Below, piece after piece: positions 36,759 through 50,660 of a stretch of 64,000 nucleotides of DNA; within the stretch, counting starts at the first letter, position 1; every line of letters starts with the position of its first letter. This DNA comes from Chrysomallon squamiferum (lineage: Eukaryota; Animalia; Mollusca): assembly GCA_012295275.1 (NCBI GenBank), contig CM022670.1:34472001-34536000 (forward strand), in the 5' to 3' direction. The notes below the pieces were generated by a model that was given only the letters and a program-made list of their open reading frames with translations, made no database searches and was not told where the DNA came from. The translations under genes and the position numbers were made by a program.

Positions 36759-39700
36759 ATGAGCGGTGACCCAACCGGCAACGATGCTGACATTGACTTC
36801 TCCGTGATTCGCACGGCCATCGAACTCGGCGGGAAGCCGATAGAACAGATTCTCAATGGAGTCCACTACGGCAGTCCCGAGGTTCGCTGCCTGCTGCTGG
36901 ACGAGTGCAACTTAATAATCGAGTGCAAAGTGTGCAGAGCTTTGTTCCGGGGACTTCCTCTCTTCATCGCCCACAAGCGAGTGTACTGCACCAAGGCGTT
37001 CCAGGAGTCGCAGCCTCCTCTCTTTGAGACAAAAAAAGTGCGAAGAAGCGGTTGTCATTCAGCCAACTGCCCCCGAGGATGACCAGCCCCCACCCTTACA
37101 GCCCGTGGATAACAAGAAAACACCTGAGGAATCACTGAACCAGCTGGTGGAGCAGATAAAGGCAGGAAAGGCAGGCGCTTCTGATGAGTACAAATTTTAT
37201 TCCAAGGTTTCTGCTTTGGTGGAGAAAAGGAAAGAGGCGACAAAAACAGTTAATTTGCAGCTTAACCCAATCCCTTCAAACAAAAATGCTGTGGTGGTCA
37301 CTGTGTTGGATGGGTCTGGAGAAATGCCACAGCAAGAAGAAGAAGTTCCGGACGAAAAGCAAAACACTGTGAACAAAAAACCAAAGATGGACGGAGTCAC
37401 TAGACTGGAAATGATAGTGTCTGAAAAAATTCTTCCAAAATGCCTCGAAGACAACACTGTTGATGCTAATGATAAAATTGATGTTATTGCTGATTTGAAG
37501 CTGTCTGGGGACTCAGAAAAAATTGTAGTACCATCGAAGACTAAAGATGCTGAAGAAATGACCGAGTCAGGTGAGACACCGAAATGCGTTGATACACAGA
37601 AGCATGGAAGCTGGAAAGAGTGCCCAAGGGAAAACAAACCAAGTTTGAGAAATAAAGTGTGTGAGTTGCCTGACACAGACCAAACCCTCGACCTTTCTGC
37701 TTTGAAATGTCTGAAATGTCAGATGTCTTATTCCTCCAAGAAAACTTTAATGTATCATTACCAGATGAGACATTCTCAGCTGAGGACCTTCTTCCCTTGT
37801 CCTTACTGTTCCAACATCTTCTTTTACTTCTGGGGACTGACGAGGCACATGATGAAAATACACAAGAAGTCAAAGAACCAGATTGATAGGATGAGAGAAA
37901 AGCTGAGAAAAAGGTCTTTCACAAAATGCATCACCAAATCCTGCAACATCGCCAAAGACCAGCTTCAGTTTGTTGCAGATGAAGATGATGATTCACATGC
38001 TAATGAACCATCAACATCTGTGTTGACATCTGCATCTACATCTACATCTACATCTACATCTGCATCTGCATCTGCATCTGCATCTACATCTGCATCTGTA
38101 TCTACACCTAAGAGCTCAAAACATCCACAGCACACTCAGAACTCAAAAAAGATTGCTCCAGCCAAAAGTAAAGGAGATAGTGCTATAAAAGGTGTTAAAA
38201 ATGTTTATTGCAACGAATACGAGATGCCGAAGATGAACAGACAGATAAGAGTGAGTCTGAAGGAAGGATTGAGAAACTCGAAAAACAAAGAGTCAAAATC
38301 TGCAATTGTCAAGCGATCCAGCGAACCTCCGAGAGTCCGCCATTTATCAGAAGAAGTTAACAGATCCAATCAGAAAAACAAACAACAGAGAAAATCAGAT
38401 TCTCCCAGACAAGTAAGAGAAGAGGAGCCATCAGCTAAAAGTAAAGAAAAAGCTTTAGATGAACTGCAGAAGAAATTAACAGAGGCTGCTACTGTTCCAG
38501 TGACACGATCCTCCTCCAGTGAAAGACAGGAGTTGAAATCCAGTGAGAAACACGAGGCAACCAAGATAAACACGGAAAACAAGACAACTGCAGGAAATGC
38601 AGAAGGAGAAAACAAATCGACCGAAGCCTCGGCTGGATTGTCTTCTCAGGTGCCCGAAAAACAGCAAGTTGTCTCTGCATCTCCTCCAGTCACTGAAAAG
38701 AAACCTCTGCAAGTGATCACGTTGTCTGTCACTAAAAGTAGTACAGCAGACACTCCCCAGAGTGTAAAGAAAGATAGCTCTTCTTCAGAGATCCTCAGTC
38801 CGATTCTTTCATCTCTAGAAAGACCAGAAGCACGAAGACGTCAGATACAGATCGGTACTCGGGTAGTTCCTCAGATACCTACTGACACACTTATATCCTT
38901 GCAGAAACAAGAGTTGATGGTTTCAGACCAGTTTAAAGAACATTTTGGATTAACTTCGCAGTTAGTTCAAGTGAAGCTGAAACCTAACGATTCTCAGAAG
39001 ATCTCTGACCAGGGAAGTGGTGGAACAGCTGCAGAGAAGTCAGAGTCAAAACAACTGGAAAGTGAGGATGGGCGCAGCAGACCAGCTAGGAGACGCACTC
39101 TAACCACAAAGGCTCAGGCATTTGTAAATGAATGTCAGAACAGAAAGAATGACGGTAGTGATGGTATTAAACAAGGTAACAAAGTCAACGATAACAGCAA
39201 TCAGGACAGCAGTAGGAATGTAAAACAAAACAAAAAGCCTGTTTCAGACACTAAGGAAGGAAGTAAGACTGTGGAAACAAGCTGCAGACAGAAGGAAGAA
39301 TCTACAAGTGAAAATAAAGATGTGAAAGATGAGAAAAATAAAAGTAAAAATATGTCTGGAAAACCAAAAATTTCCGAGTCACCAGTGACAGTGAGACAAC
39401 TAGAAACAAGATCTGTCTCTAAGGACAGGAACAAAAAAGACACTCCTGATAAAAGTCATGTTTGCGAGTCTGACTCAGAGGTTCCAGAATCTGGGAACAT
39501 TCAGGATGCTGATTCTGCTTCGTCTGAAGGAACAAAAGAAATGAACGATGATGGAAAGGCATCTCTTAAAGAGAGCCGATTGAAGGACATGAGTCCATTC
39601 ACCTCGTCTCCAGGTTCAAAACCGCTGATAAAACATTCTCGAGTTAAGAAAACAAATGAGTTCGTTGTGCGATGTCTTCCTTCCACTGGGAAATCGGATT

Positions 39701-41964
39701 CTGAAGCAGACGGCAAAATGGAAGAGGAGACAGTTGGCATGAAAGATGCAAGAGATGAAAATGTTCATTCAAAGGACAGTGCCACAATGGGTGATGCCAC
39801 AAACGACAGAGCTTCTAAGGACAGTGCCACAAAGGATTTGAAAACAAAACTGGATAAAGATGAAAGGTCTGTTGGCAGCACTGCTGATGATGTTGCTGAT
39901 GATGTATCTGTAAAGAGCACAGAAGACAATTCAAAGTCGTCAGGAAAATCAACATCTAAAGGCCGATATCATCGTTGTTGTTGTGGCCGTGGATTCCTTT
40001 TCAAGATTGGTTTGATAAATCATATGAGAACATGTAAGAAGACAGAAGAAAACGATGGTGACTCGGGTAAAACTGATGATGGCCGGAAGAGAAGAGGCAG
40101 TTCTACAGATAGGAAAAGGAGTGACTCTCCAGTGAACATGGCAACGGAAAATTCGGGCACCAAATACCTTTACATCTGTAAGTGTGGGAAAGAGCTGACC
40201 GTCAAGGCAGCTTATCTCAATCATCAGAAAGTCTGCTGGAAACGCAGTGATGAGGATGCTTCGGGAAAAAAGACAAACAGGAATAGAAAACAAAATATGC
40301 CAGAGAAAACATCCAGCACTAGAAGAAAGGGAATTGCAAGAAAAGTGACAGACAGTCAGCGTCAGGCAGCTGAAAGCAGAGAGGCAAGTTCCACCACTGA
40401 CAAACATGTTAAACTGAGTGTAGGCAAATTGTCAGTGAGTAATGCCAGAGAGATTGGTAATTCACAAACCTTCCAAAAGAAGCCAGAACCAAGACAGTCT
40501 GAGATGGACAATGACTACACAGGACCTCCTCCGAAACAGATGAGAGTAATAGAAGAAATTTGGGTCGACAAGGTTCCCGGGAAGCCAGTAGAGAGAGTCA
40601 AATCGAACAGGATATACGTCGTGCGGACTGAAGGTTCTGGGAAAATGCAGTGTCAGGACACAAGGAAACTGTGCGACATCGCAGACGAAGTGAACATGAA
40701 GTGTCTAGTGTGTTTGCAGGAGTTCACCAGCGTGTCCAACCTTCGGCGTCACGCCATCCGTCACCTCGGCTGGAAGCGCTACAAGTGTAAGATGTGTCGT
40801 TTCAGCAGCTACAACAAGTCCGAGTGCAACACTCACATCCTGAGGACACACTCGGAAAAATTCAGAAGTGCTGCGGCGACTGACAACATGATTGTCGACT
40901 TGAACAGAGAGGCCTGCAGACTGAGGAGTCAGAAAAAGAATCAGACTCTGAGAAAGGCCTGCGAGAAAGAAGGAAAAGACGAGACCGTTTCCCAGAGAAA
41001 ATATCAGCAGTGCGGAGTCCCAGAAAACAGCGTGATCGAAAGAAGATTTGTGACCATTCCCAGAAGAAAGGAGCAGCAGCAGCAACAGCAACAGTGTGGA
41101 CCTTCACCTAACAGAAAGAAACCAGCAGCAGTGGTGGAGGAGAACGTTTTACTGCCGCAAACAACATTTAATATTTCTACAAGAAAGTCACCGCGCCAGT
41201 TTGACACGAGACCTTACAGAGAGGTTGACCAGATGACCACTCTGTACACCAGGAAGGGCTACTACCCGAAAGCAAACAACATCAGAGACTCGGAAAGCAG
41301 TGAGGGTGAAAACGTCAGCCATCCATCTGAGTCTTCAGCTTCTGAACCAACTCAGTCGTCATGTAGACAGAAGAGACGTGAGTCTGGCAGTGAGCGCTTC
41401 ATCACAGTTGACGAATCCGATCACTCGTACTCCCAGAAAGACCGGCACATCGAGGACACTGAGTGGGTCAGCGATGGGGAGTTTGTGCCCGTTTCAAAGG
41501 GCAAAGTGGTTAAAAAAAGATGCCTGTCAGCAGAAACTAAAGATATGGGCTATTCGAGCGACAGCTGTCTCACCGGCCAACAGCTTCCAGAAAGCAGGTG
41601 CTGCCCGAAGACGAAAAACAACAGTTCCAACTACCCGGTTTCCAAGAACAGAAAGCTGTCTGGAGGGTCAGGCTCCACAGACAGGAGCCCCACGCCCCAC
41701 GTGTCTGGGACGAGGCCAGTGGCTATGATGAGCATTCAGGACATGTTCGAGTTGATCAAACCAAAACCCAAACCAGAAAGGAAAAGTTTTGCGAGATCAA
41801 ATAAGAGCGATTCCGATGTGAAAAAAGTATTCCTAGAAGGTGCTGTGAACACCCGTAGTCAGGAATCATTTCCCAGCGGAGACGCCCCGTCAACGAGTTA
41901 CAGTTCTGGTTGTAATGACCCAGAGGACAACACTGTTGTCATTGATTGCGACGATGATGAATGA
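36759..41964 (+). CDS. ZNF800: Zinc finger protein 800-like (dispersed C2H2 fingers, long disordered linkers), single coding exon with an apparent +1 frameshift at 37031-37038
   Basis: Acceptor ttttcag| at 36736, ATG at 36759. N-terminal IEQILNG..YGSPEVRCLLLDECNLIIECKVCRALFRGLPLFIAHKRVYC matches the ZNF800 N-terminus. The +1 frame carries LQLNPIPSNKNAV and the fingers CLKC..H...H, CPYC, CLVC..SNLRRHAIRH, YKCKMC. Confidence 0.85.
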
Positions 41965-42106
41965 GTAGTGCAAGGTCTATCACAGGTTTCTCTTTTTTTT
42001 TTTCTCTTTTTTTTTGAAATTATGTTTCTTTTCTTTTTTTCTTTTTTGTTTCTTAAAAAAAACAAAAAAAAACATTGTTGAAGTAATATATTGGTGCAAG
42101 ATGCTT

Positions 42107-42147
<41 letters not shown>

Positions 42148-42215
42148 GTTTGGATTAATGTGATGTATATTTACTTACATCATTCATTACAGCCAGCCAT
42201 GCATTAATGCTGCTA

Positions 42216-42267
<52 letters not shown>

Positions 42268-45200
42268 ATTACAGTATCGATTCCTCTAAGGAACTTAATT
42301 TTATTCTGTTCTGTTTTGTTCCATTAAAGTGGAACATTCCAAATGTGATACTGTGTTGTAAGAATTCCCATGTATGCTGTTAATAAGCAACTACGCCTGT
42401 TAACAAATAACACAGGGATGTGTTAATACTAGTATTTGTTACATTTCACTTGTGTATGGAGTTTAATGTAGCTACATGTAACTTTTAACTGCCTTTTATA
42501 CCATTATCTAGTCTTCATATATATAGGCTATAAATAATTTTGAAAAAAATACAAGTTGCTGTTTTTAGAGGTGTGTGACGCTTGACCCGATTAGAGTTAC
42601 AGCCCCTTACTTTCAGTGGTTATTTCCTTCCTTATAATGCTGCATGACAGTTAAATGGCAAGCCAAAAGAGCATGGTCAGTTTTAAAATAGATAGGCATT
42701 GTGGTAATTAAAAGTTATATATTGTAATAAATATGGTAAATAAAATTTAAAAAACATTTATGCTGTGTTAAAAAGAAAAGATCTCTACAGAAATCGTATT
42801 TTAAAATAACTGCAGTATTAATATAAATTATTATTTTTAAAATTACATTTTTATCCTTTTTTTTTTAACTTTATTTATAGAAGTATTACTATATATATAT
42901 ATTTTTAAAATTTCAATATAAGCTTTCAGAAGTCTTGTCAAAATTAAAATGAGTTTTATTAAAAAGCATCTATAAATTTTCTTTATGAATATCGATTACT
43001 GCTTCTTCATCAAGACTTAAAATATGCTTATTAAAAAATGTTAGTGAATTTCCATTATTAATATTAACTGCTTGCTCATCAAGATGTTTGTGAAAATATG
43101 TTTATAAATTTTCATTATTAATGTACATTATGGCTTTTATGTCAAAGTAACGTTTTATTGCAATCACAGATAAATATTACAACATATAATGCATACTGCT
43201 TTATAATGTATACAATAATTTCTATGTAAATCACTGATTTTCATTCCTATAAAAAGGTATGGTTGTAACTTTTAAAACTTTCTCTTTATCTGTCAATATT
43301 AGTGTTTGTATCTTCATTACTAGATTCCAGTGTTTCACTGAAAATGTAAAAGTTGTGATAAAATAATTTTTTTAAAATAATATTTAGGCTACAAGATGCA
43401 TTATTCATGTGTTCAGAATGTTTTCTATTGTTTATACATAGAAAAAAAATGTTATGTATCCAAAAATTACAGTTAAAATTATAAAAAATTGTACAGTTTG
43501 TTGACAAAAAGCACAAAAAGTGTATGATTAATGGATTGAACCTTTTTTGTTTGTTTTTTTGTTTTTGATGTTCTTTTGTATTTTTTTTTTCTTTAAAAAA
43601 AAAAAATGTGTAGTTCATAGGCAAAAAACACAAAAATCAGTAAAAATTTCTCAAAAAGAAATCTATACTCAAATTAATCTAAAAATAATAATAGAAATTA
43701 AAATTATATAATGATAAAATTTGTTATTTTTAAAAATTCATTATTATTTTCTTTTTTATTCAAAATTTAAAACTAAACTGCTTTTAACTGAAAACGTAAC
43801 ACAATTAATTATGCAGTTTTATAAATTCTTATAAATAAAAATTTCATGCATTAGTATGTTCAATTTAGGTGCCAAAAATAGTTATCTCTGTCTAACTATT
43901 CCTATTATATTATTAATATTGTATCATCGATATTATGTACAAAGTGATAAAATCACTTTAAAATTAGCTAATTAAAAAATATATATATATCTGTTGCTTA
44001 ATGGAAATATGTGATTCAAAAAAAAAAAAATTTAATTTTTTTTCCCCCATGTTGTTGTTATTCAACAAAAATGTAATTAAAATGTTGCAATGCAAAAGTT
44101 TTGTTATTTTATATTTAAACTTGGTTGTATTTACAATGTTTAATCTATCTATGAGATTCTTTCCTGCTAAATAATGAAAAAAAACAAAAAGCTGATTATT
44201 AGCATGGGGTTTTGCCTCCTTATCAGTTTTTACTCTTTTTTATTTATTTATTCTTATTTTTTTTACTCCATATCATTACGAGATTTGCTTTTCTTCCATT
44301 CTAACCAGTGCTCCATGGCTGAAGTATGAAATCATCAGAGCTCAGTATGTTTGTATGGTATCCTTCCATTTGTCACACACACAGACAGGTCATGGCTGAG
44401 TGAACCAGTAACTACCTCTTTTACCCAGGATCCAATATTTTCCAAATTGTTACACAATTTACTCATTGTATAAACAAAATCCACTGAGAAGAATTCATGA
44501 AATGCCTCTTGAAGAAATAAACACATTCTATTTGTCATAATCCAGCCATATATGTGGGAAATTGACTGACTGAAAACAATTAACGTGCTAATCAGAGTGG
44601 GCTGTTGTGAAGGAAGTCTGCAACTGGCACATTCTCTGACAAAAGCAAAGTGTGTGTCTGTCACAGAATGTGAGAAATGAAGGTACATCATTTATGTAGT
44701 CAGCTTCACAAAGCAAAACTCTTTAATTGTCCGACGGACATTGTTTTAAAATACTTACATCTGTATTGAGTCCCTGAAACAGAGAAATATCTGTGATTTC
44801 TGTCAACTGGATTAAAGAAAATTAGTTTTTCTGATCTCTTGTCACAATTTATAAGAACGAAAAACAGAAAACAACAAAGTTTAAATGAAGTAATTGATAG
44901 AAGTTTAACTGTTGGTGATAACTAGAACATTAATTTCCCAGTTATTAATCCCAACACAAAAACCATCAAAGATAATCCCACTGTCATGTTATCTACACAA
45001 CCAATCAGACCAAGTATTTTGTTAATATGATTTACTGAAAGTGAAAACAAAAGCATCATGTGTGCCTAACAATCTCAGTCAAAACTTGTTATAAAAAAAA
45101 ACTTTTAGAAAGCCACTTAGTAACACTAAACTGTCAAAGTACATAAAACATAAATACATGTATATCAATTAATATTAACACATATGTGCCAAGATTAAAA

Positions 45201-46268
45201 ATATGCATATCAAATACACAAGTGCATAGAGCATATAACCTGGTATGAAACGTATAAAAATTAGGATTTTTATTTGCATGTACTAGAAAATGTTATTAAG
45301 TTTTTAAATTTTTTTTTATTATTTGAATTTATCATTGGTAATCGGTGATTATTCTACTATTACAGGGATTTGCTTAATCAGTCCATACACTGATTGTGTA
45401 ACAACTGGGGTCTAACTGATGAAAGACAATTGTTTGTATATTTATATATACACATCAGTATTTCCATTGTTGTTTCAGGGTTCCAACCAATTCTCCATGT
45501 CTGTGAAGTACAAAACATCAAGCTATTGGTTTACAATGTACGTGTGTTACTACCAGCAACATTTTAAATTAAAAGCCAGAAAATCAATACAATAAAATAC
45601 ACATTCCACAAACTAGTGATACTTTACCCATGGCATTGGTATGAACAAGTTAAGTTGGATATAAATTTGGGCAATGGAGCACACATACTTGATCTTAAAC
45701 TGGGAAATGAAAGCCAAAGAGTTAAGGTTTTGTTAACTCTTTTAGTGCCAGATTTTGGAACAACACATAATTGCAAGTGCCACATGTTCTCAGCAAAGTT
45801 ACCTAGTTTAACTCTACTGTGTACAAAACAGTGGTATCTCAACAACAGCATGGATATGGTTAAAGATTCATTTCTCTTCATGTATGTGTCCTACCAAGAT
45901 ACACCTCCATACAAGTGTAATGTATTAGTATGCATGTCTATCTTGATATCATATATATGGTATCTTGTGCACATATATAATATATATAAACTCAATTAAA
46001 TGAAAAAAATCACCAAACAAATCACCACACACAAACAGACTCAACAAAGTTTATAACAATCTATGATACCATTAACACACATTTATTGCACATTGATGAT
46101 GTTAGCAAATATTTACGCATGCTGTACTTACAACAGTGTTTTCCAGTTCTAAACAGCTGTGACAGTAAAAATGTCACCTGGTTTGTTGGAAATATGAATA
46201 TAAAAAAAAAAAAAATAGCAACAAGAAGAAAAACAACACTAATGTCTGGATATTGCTGACATAATCAG

Positions 46269-46305
<37 letters not shown>

Positions 46306-47018
46306 ACAGAATAATAATAACAATTAAAAAAACATATATTTAATGATAAAAAAAACAAACAATAAAAACACAATTTACTATACATACAAGATGTAATTAA
46401 ATTATCTTGGCAGTGTATTTATTTCAAGTAAGTCTGTCAAAGTGATTTAATTTTTATCCAAATATAATAAACTATGTTATGATCTTAATAACAAAAACAA
46501 TTTGAGGTTGAGTATTTGTCTGAGAAACACAGGGTTGTGAGTTCAAATCTCAGATCAAATCATTTTTATTTTTCCATTTGTTCTTTACAACATTAACATA
46601 TTTGTAGAAATGTTAATAATCAGGATAAATAAATAAAATAATAAAAATCAATAAAAACAATAAATAAATAAATAAGTCTTCATTGATAAACAAATAAGCA
46701 ATACATTTGAGGATTACATCATACACAGTAAAATATAACAGAATTCTTTTTTTTTTTTAAATTCACTTATATACTATACCTGATAATTTAATTTTTCAGA
46801 TTCATAAAAAAATAGCAATCCAAAACAAAAATTAAATAAAAATATAATATTAATAAATACTACAGTGTGTCAGACAGACTGTGGATTTTTTTTTTTTTTT
46901 ATATCAAACTGCATTTTTAAAAATGTCATAAATTTTCTAGCAACAAATCTAGAAAGGTGTTGCAGAATGATAGACTGGATGCCAGGTGATTTCAGATAAC
47001 AAAAACATTTTGTTTATA

Positions 47019-47059
<41 letters not shown>

Positions 47060-47067
47060 TACATATA

Positions 47068-47593
47068 CAGTGGACTCTCGAATTGTACATAAACCGAAGC
47101 GATGTCAGACACACAAATGCCACTCTCGTGTTTTGCAATTATTTTTTCCTCTAGTGTGATACATTTAAACTTTTCACCAGCATTATCGTTCACTTTTTGT
47201 TTTCTTGGACACCATATTGGATAGGATATAATAAAAAAATATATACATAAAAGCAGCAATACTTTAAAAAATGCAAGCGCACAATCTCAATGCATAAACT
47301 ATTAAGCTGCAACTGCGTATCGAATACAAAAGGCCCTAATTCATGATATGTATATTTGCTATAAGGCATGCCTATAATCCTTACTTTGACCTCAGTTTTG
47401 ACGTAAGCATCTATTCTTATCTTTACTACATGTTGACGTCAAAACTGACGTCAAAAGAAAGTTTGTCGCAGTGCGTCGCTGTAATTCATAACTAGAGACG
47501 TTATTCGTAAACTGAGACAAAAATTGTCCAAGACCACAGTTCATAATCCAATTTGTTTGTACTTTGAAGCGTTTGTAACCCAAGGTTCCACTG
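47068..47593 (-). mobile_element. Internally deleted Tigger/pogo derivative (MITE)
   Basis: TA|CAGTGG... and ...TTCCACTG|TA ends. Remnant of the CENP-B-type HTH start KCITLEEKIIAKHESGICVSDIA. Confidence 0.75.
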
Positions 47594-47764
47594 TATGTAT
47601 ATATATATATATAAATATATATATTTGAGTGCAGTGAATTGTGTAACAATAATTACATGTATTATTAACAAAAACCTCCCAAAAAAACACCAGATTGTAT
47701 TCATAGCATTTTTGACGTAACACAAAGCAATTTTTGCAATGCCATCAACACTTTAATGATTATA

Positions 47765-48520
47765 AATGATGATAGACTGTATGCAGGGCATTTTAAAATA
47801 AAATAAAATAAAATATTGCTTTAATATATATATATATAATAATATTGTCAATATGTTAAGTGATTATGAATGATGGCAGACTGGATGCATGTCATTTTAA
47901 AATAAAATGAAGCATTGATTGCAACATTTGTAGTTAAAACATTAATGATAATAAATGATGCTACACTGTATACAGGGAATGTTCACAAAGTACCCACTGA
48001 CTTGTAAATATCATAAAATGGTCATTTTGTAATAGCATAATAAAGCATTATATTTAATAAAGGGTATAATGAATTAAATATTTTATCAATATAAATCTGA
48101 AATGGCATATAACTGTAGATGACTGAATGAGCATTTTTAAAAACATAAAGCTTGTGGTTGACAAATTTGCATTTTAACTGCAAGTAACCCGTTTTTTTTT
48201 TTTTTGCCTTGTAATACTGACATGGTATGACAGACTGTATGCTGGGCATTTTTATAATTTTTAAGCCACTTGCAGACATATTAATAAATAAATAATGTGT
48301 TCATCCTGTGTTGCTGTTATACCTGTATAAGTTTAATATAATAGAATAACAGGCTGTATACTGGGCATTTTTAATTCTTTTTTTTTAAATATAAGCCACA
48401 AGGCAATCGTGTTAATAAATTTTATAAAGTATTAATTTACTGGCCTATATTGAAATACCAGCATGGCACAATAATACATCATCTCATTAAAACAAAATGG
48501 TAGACTGTACGTTCGGCTTT
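47765..48520. repeat. Highly degenerate tandem repeat (~100-130 bp period)
   Basis: Core atgatagactgtatgc.gggcatttt recurs near 47769, 47872, 47958, 48227, 48347 and 48497. Confidence 0.55.
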
Positions 48521-49348
48521 TTGATCATCTTAAGAAGCTACAAGGCAGCTTTACTAATAAATAAATACAAGTCTACCTGAATTTAAAAGAAAAGATATAT
48601 ATGTATATATATGTTTATTGTTATTATTTATTAATGTTAAGTAGACGAGTATTGTTAATTATAACTGGATAGTGTTAGAAAATAACATTACCAGAGATGA
48701 TGATGATGATAACAAAAATCATATTAACAGAGATAATTATAATAATAATAACAATAATATTAATAGAGGTGATTACAATAGTATTTAAGAAATGATAATG
48801 ATAATAATAATAATAAGAGAAATGATTATAATAATATTACTACATATAATTGTAACAATAATGATGATAATATTGCTTATTGTTAAGTTTTAATTTTCTA
48901 GTTACAGTAAAATCTTCTTGATTTTGTAACCTTTGACCTCAGTTCTTTATCAAATCCCCTAATTTTTGCAATCTCTGACCATACCTCTAGTTTAGTTCAT
49001 ACGGTCAACCTGTTTTTTTTTAGACATAATCCAATCCACAGTCTGAAAAATAAAATAATAATAATAAAAACAAAAAACCTAAAAAAACCTAAAAAAACAC
49101 CAACAAAGTTCTTAATTTATTGAGGACAACTGGGGGTTTTAAATTACAAAAATTAAAAAAAAAGAAGAATAAAGTAATAGTAAAAAAAAAAAAGGAAAAA
49201 AGAGAATCAAAATAAGGACATTTGTAACAGACATACATTCATCTACCAGTAGTCAATCATATTTATACAGAAACACACCCATACACATACACATATTCTC
49301 AAGCACACACACTGATATATATCATCATAGACTGTGACAACAGGTTAG

Positions 49349-49486
<138 letters not shown>

Positions 49487-50078
49487 TATGTGTGTGAGAG
49501 AGACAAAGACAGAGATGCAGAGATAATAACAGTGTGTCAGTGTGTGTGTACTTGTGTTTGTGTGAGAGAGATAGGGGCAAATAGTGTAAAAAATAAAAAC
49601 AAAGTCAGAGACAGAGAGAGACAGACAGACAGACATACCAATCACTGAGGGGCCACAGAAGGTCACAGCAGGATTGGGGTCAAACATTGGATTCAGTTAC
49701 TGCTGGAGAACCTCAGGTCTGTTCATGTACGATCTGAAAATAAAAACATCTCCATAAAATTAAATTTTCATAATGTCCTTCATGAACTACCCACTGAAAG
49801 AAAGCAATGGTTTTATTTAACTCTGAATATTTCTATCAATAGTTCAGCTGGTATTATACATTTGGTTAAAAATGAGAATGTAATGAGAGTGAAAACCTAC
49901 TCTGTGTTCAGTCATTTTATCATGATCATTACGACACTGGTAAAGAAAATGATAAAAAAATGTTTAAAGTTCTGTCAACACAATTATCAGTACTACAAAC
50001 ATAAAAGCATATCAAAATATTTAGCCAATTCATACTTCGTTAAATACAGAAATAAAAATATTTTCTTAAAGTTTCTAA

Positions 50079-50660
50079 GTTATCATTACTGGTACCAAAA
50101 ATTATCATTACTTGTACTAAAAGTTATCATTACTGGTACCAAAAATTATCATTACTTGTACTAAAAGATATCATTACTTGTACTAAAAGTTATCATTACT
50201 TGTACTAAAAATTATCATTACTTGTACTAAAAGTTATCATTACTGGTACCAAAAATTATCATTACTTGTACTAAAAGATATCATTACTTGTACTAAAAGT
50301 TATCATTACTTGTACTAAAAATTATCATTACTTGTACTAAAAGTTATCATTACTGGTACCAAAAATTATCATTACTTGTACTAAAAATTATCATTACTTG
50401 TACCAAAACTTATCGTTACTTGTACTAAAAATTATCATTACTTGTACAACAAGTTATCGTTACTTGTACTAAAAATTATCATTACTTGTACTAAAAGTTA
50501 TCATTACTTGTACTAAAAGTTATCATTACTTGTACTAAAAGTTATCATTATTGGTACTAAAAATTATTATTACTAAAAGTTATTATTACTAATACCAAAA
50601 ATTATCATTACTTGTACTAAAAGTTACCATGACTAATACTCAACATTATCATTGTTTATA
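50079..50660. repeat. 22-bp minisatellite, about 26 copies
   Basis: Unit ttatcattacttgtactaaaa(a/g), with a variant ttatcattactggtaccaaaaa. Confidence 0.95.

Noticed and set aside
37031-37038. A-AAA-AAG classic -1 slippery site
   Set aside because: The heptamer is not phased in the initiating frame, and the shift required is +1, not -1.
37055-41804. Many antisense and alternate-frame ORFs within the ZNF800 exon
   Set aside because: Expected shadows of a long GC-richer coding exon.
44335-45999. ORFs of 85-127 aa downstream of ZNF800
   Set aside because: No recognisable motifs or consistent exon structure; likely chance ORFs or decayed repeats.
46505-46560. tRNA-like fragment (gggttgtgagttcaaatctc)
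   Set aside because: Only a B-box-like remnant with no cloverleaf; probably a decayed SINE.
50079-50660. CRISPR-like array
   Set aside because: Head-to-tail 22-bp units without unique spacers, in a eukaryotic intron.
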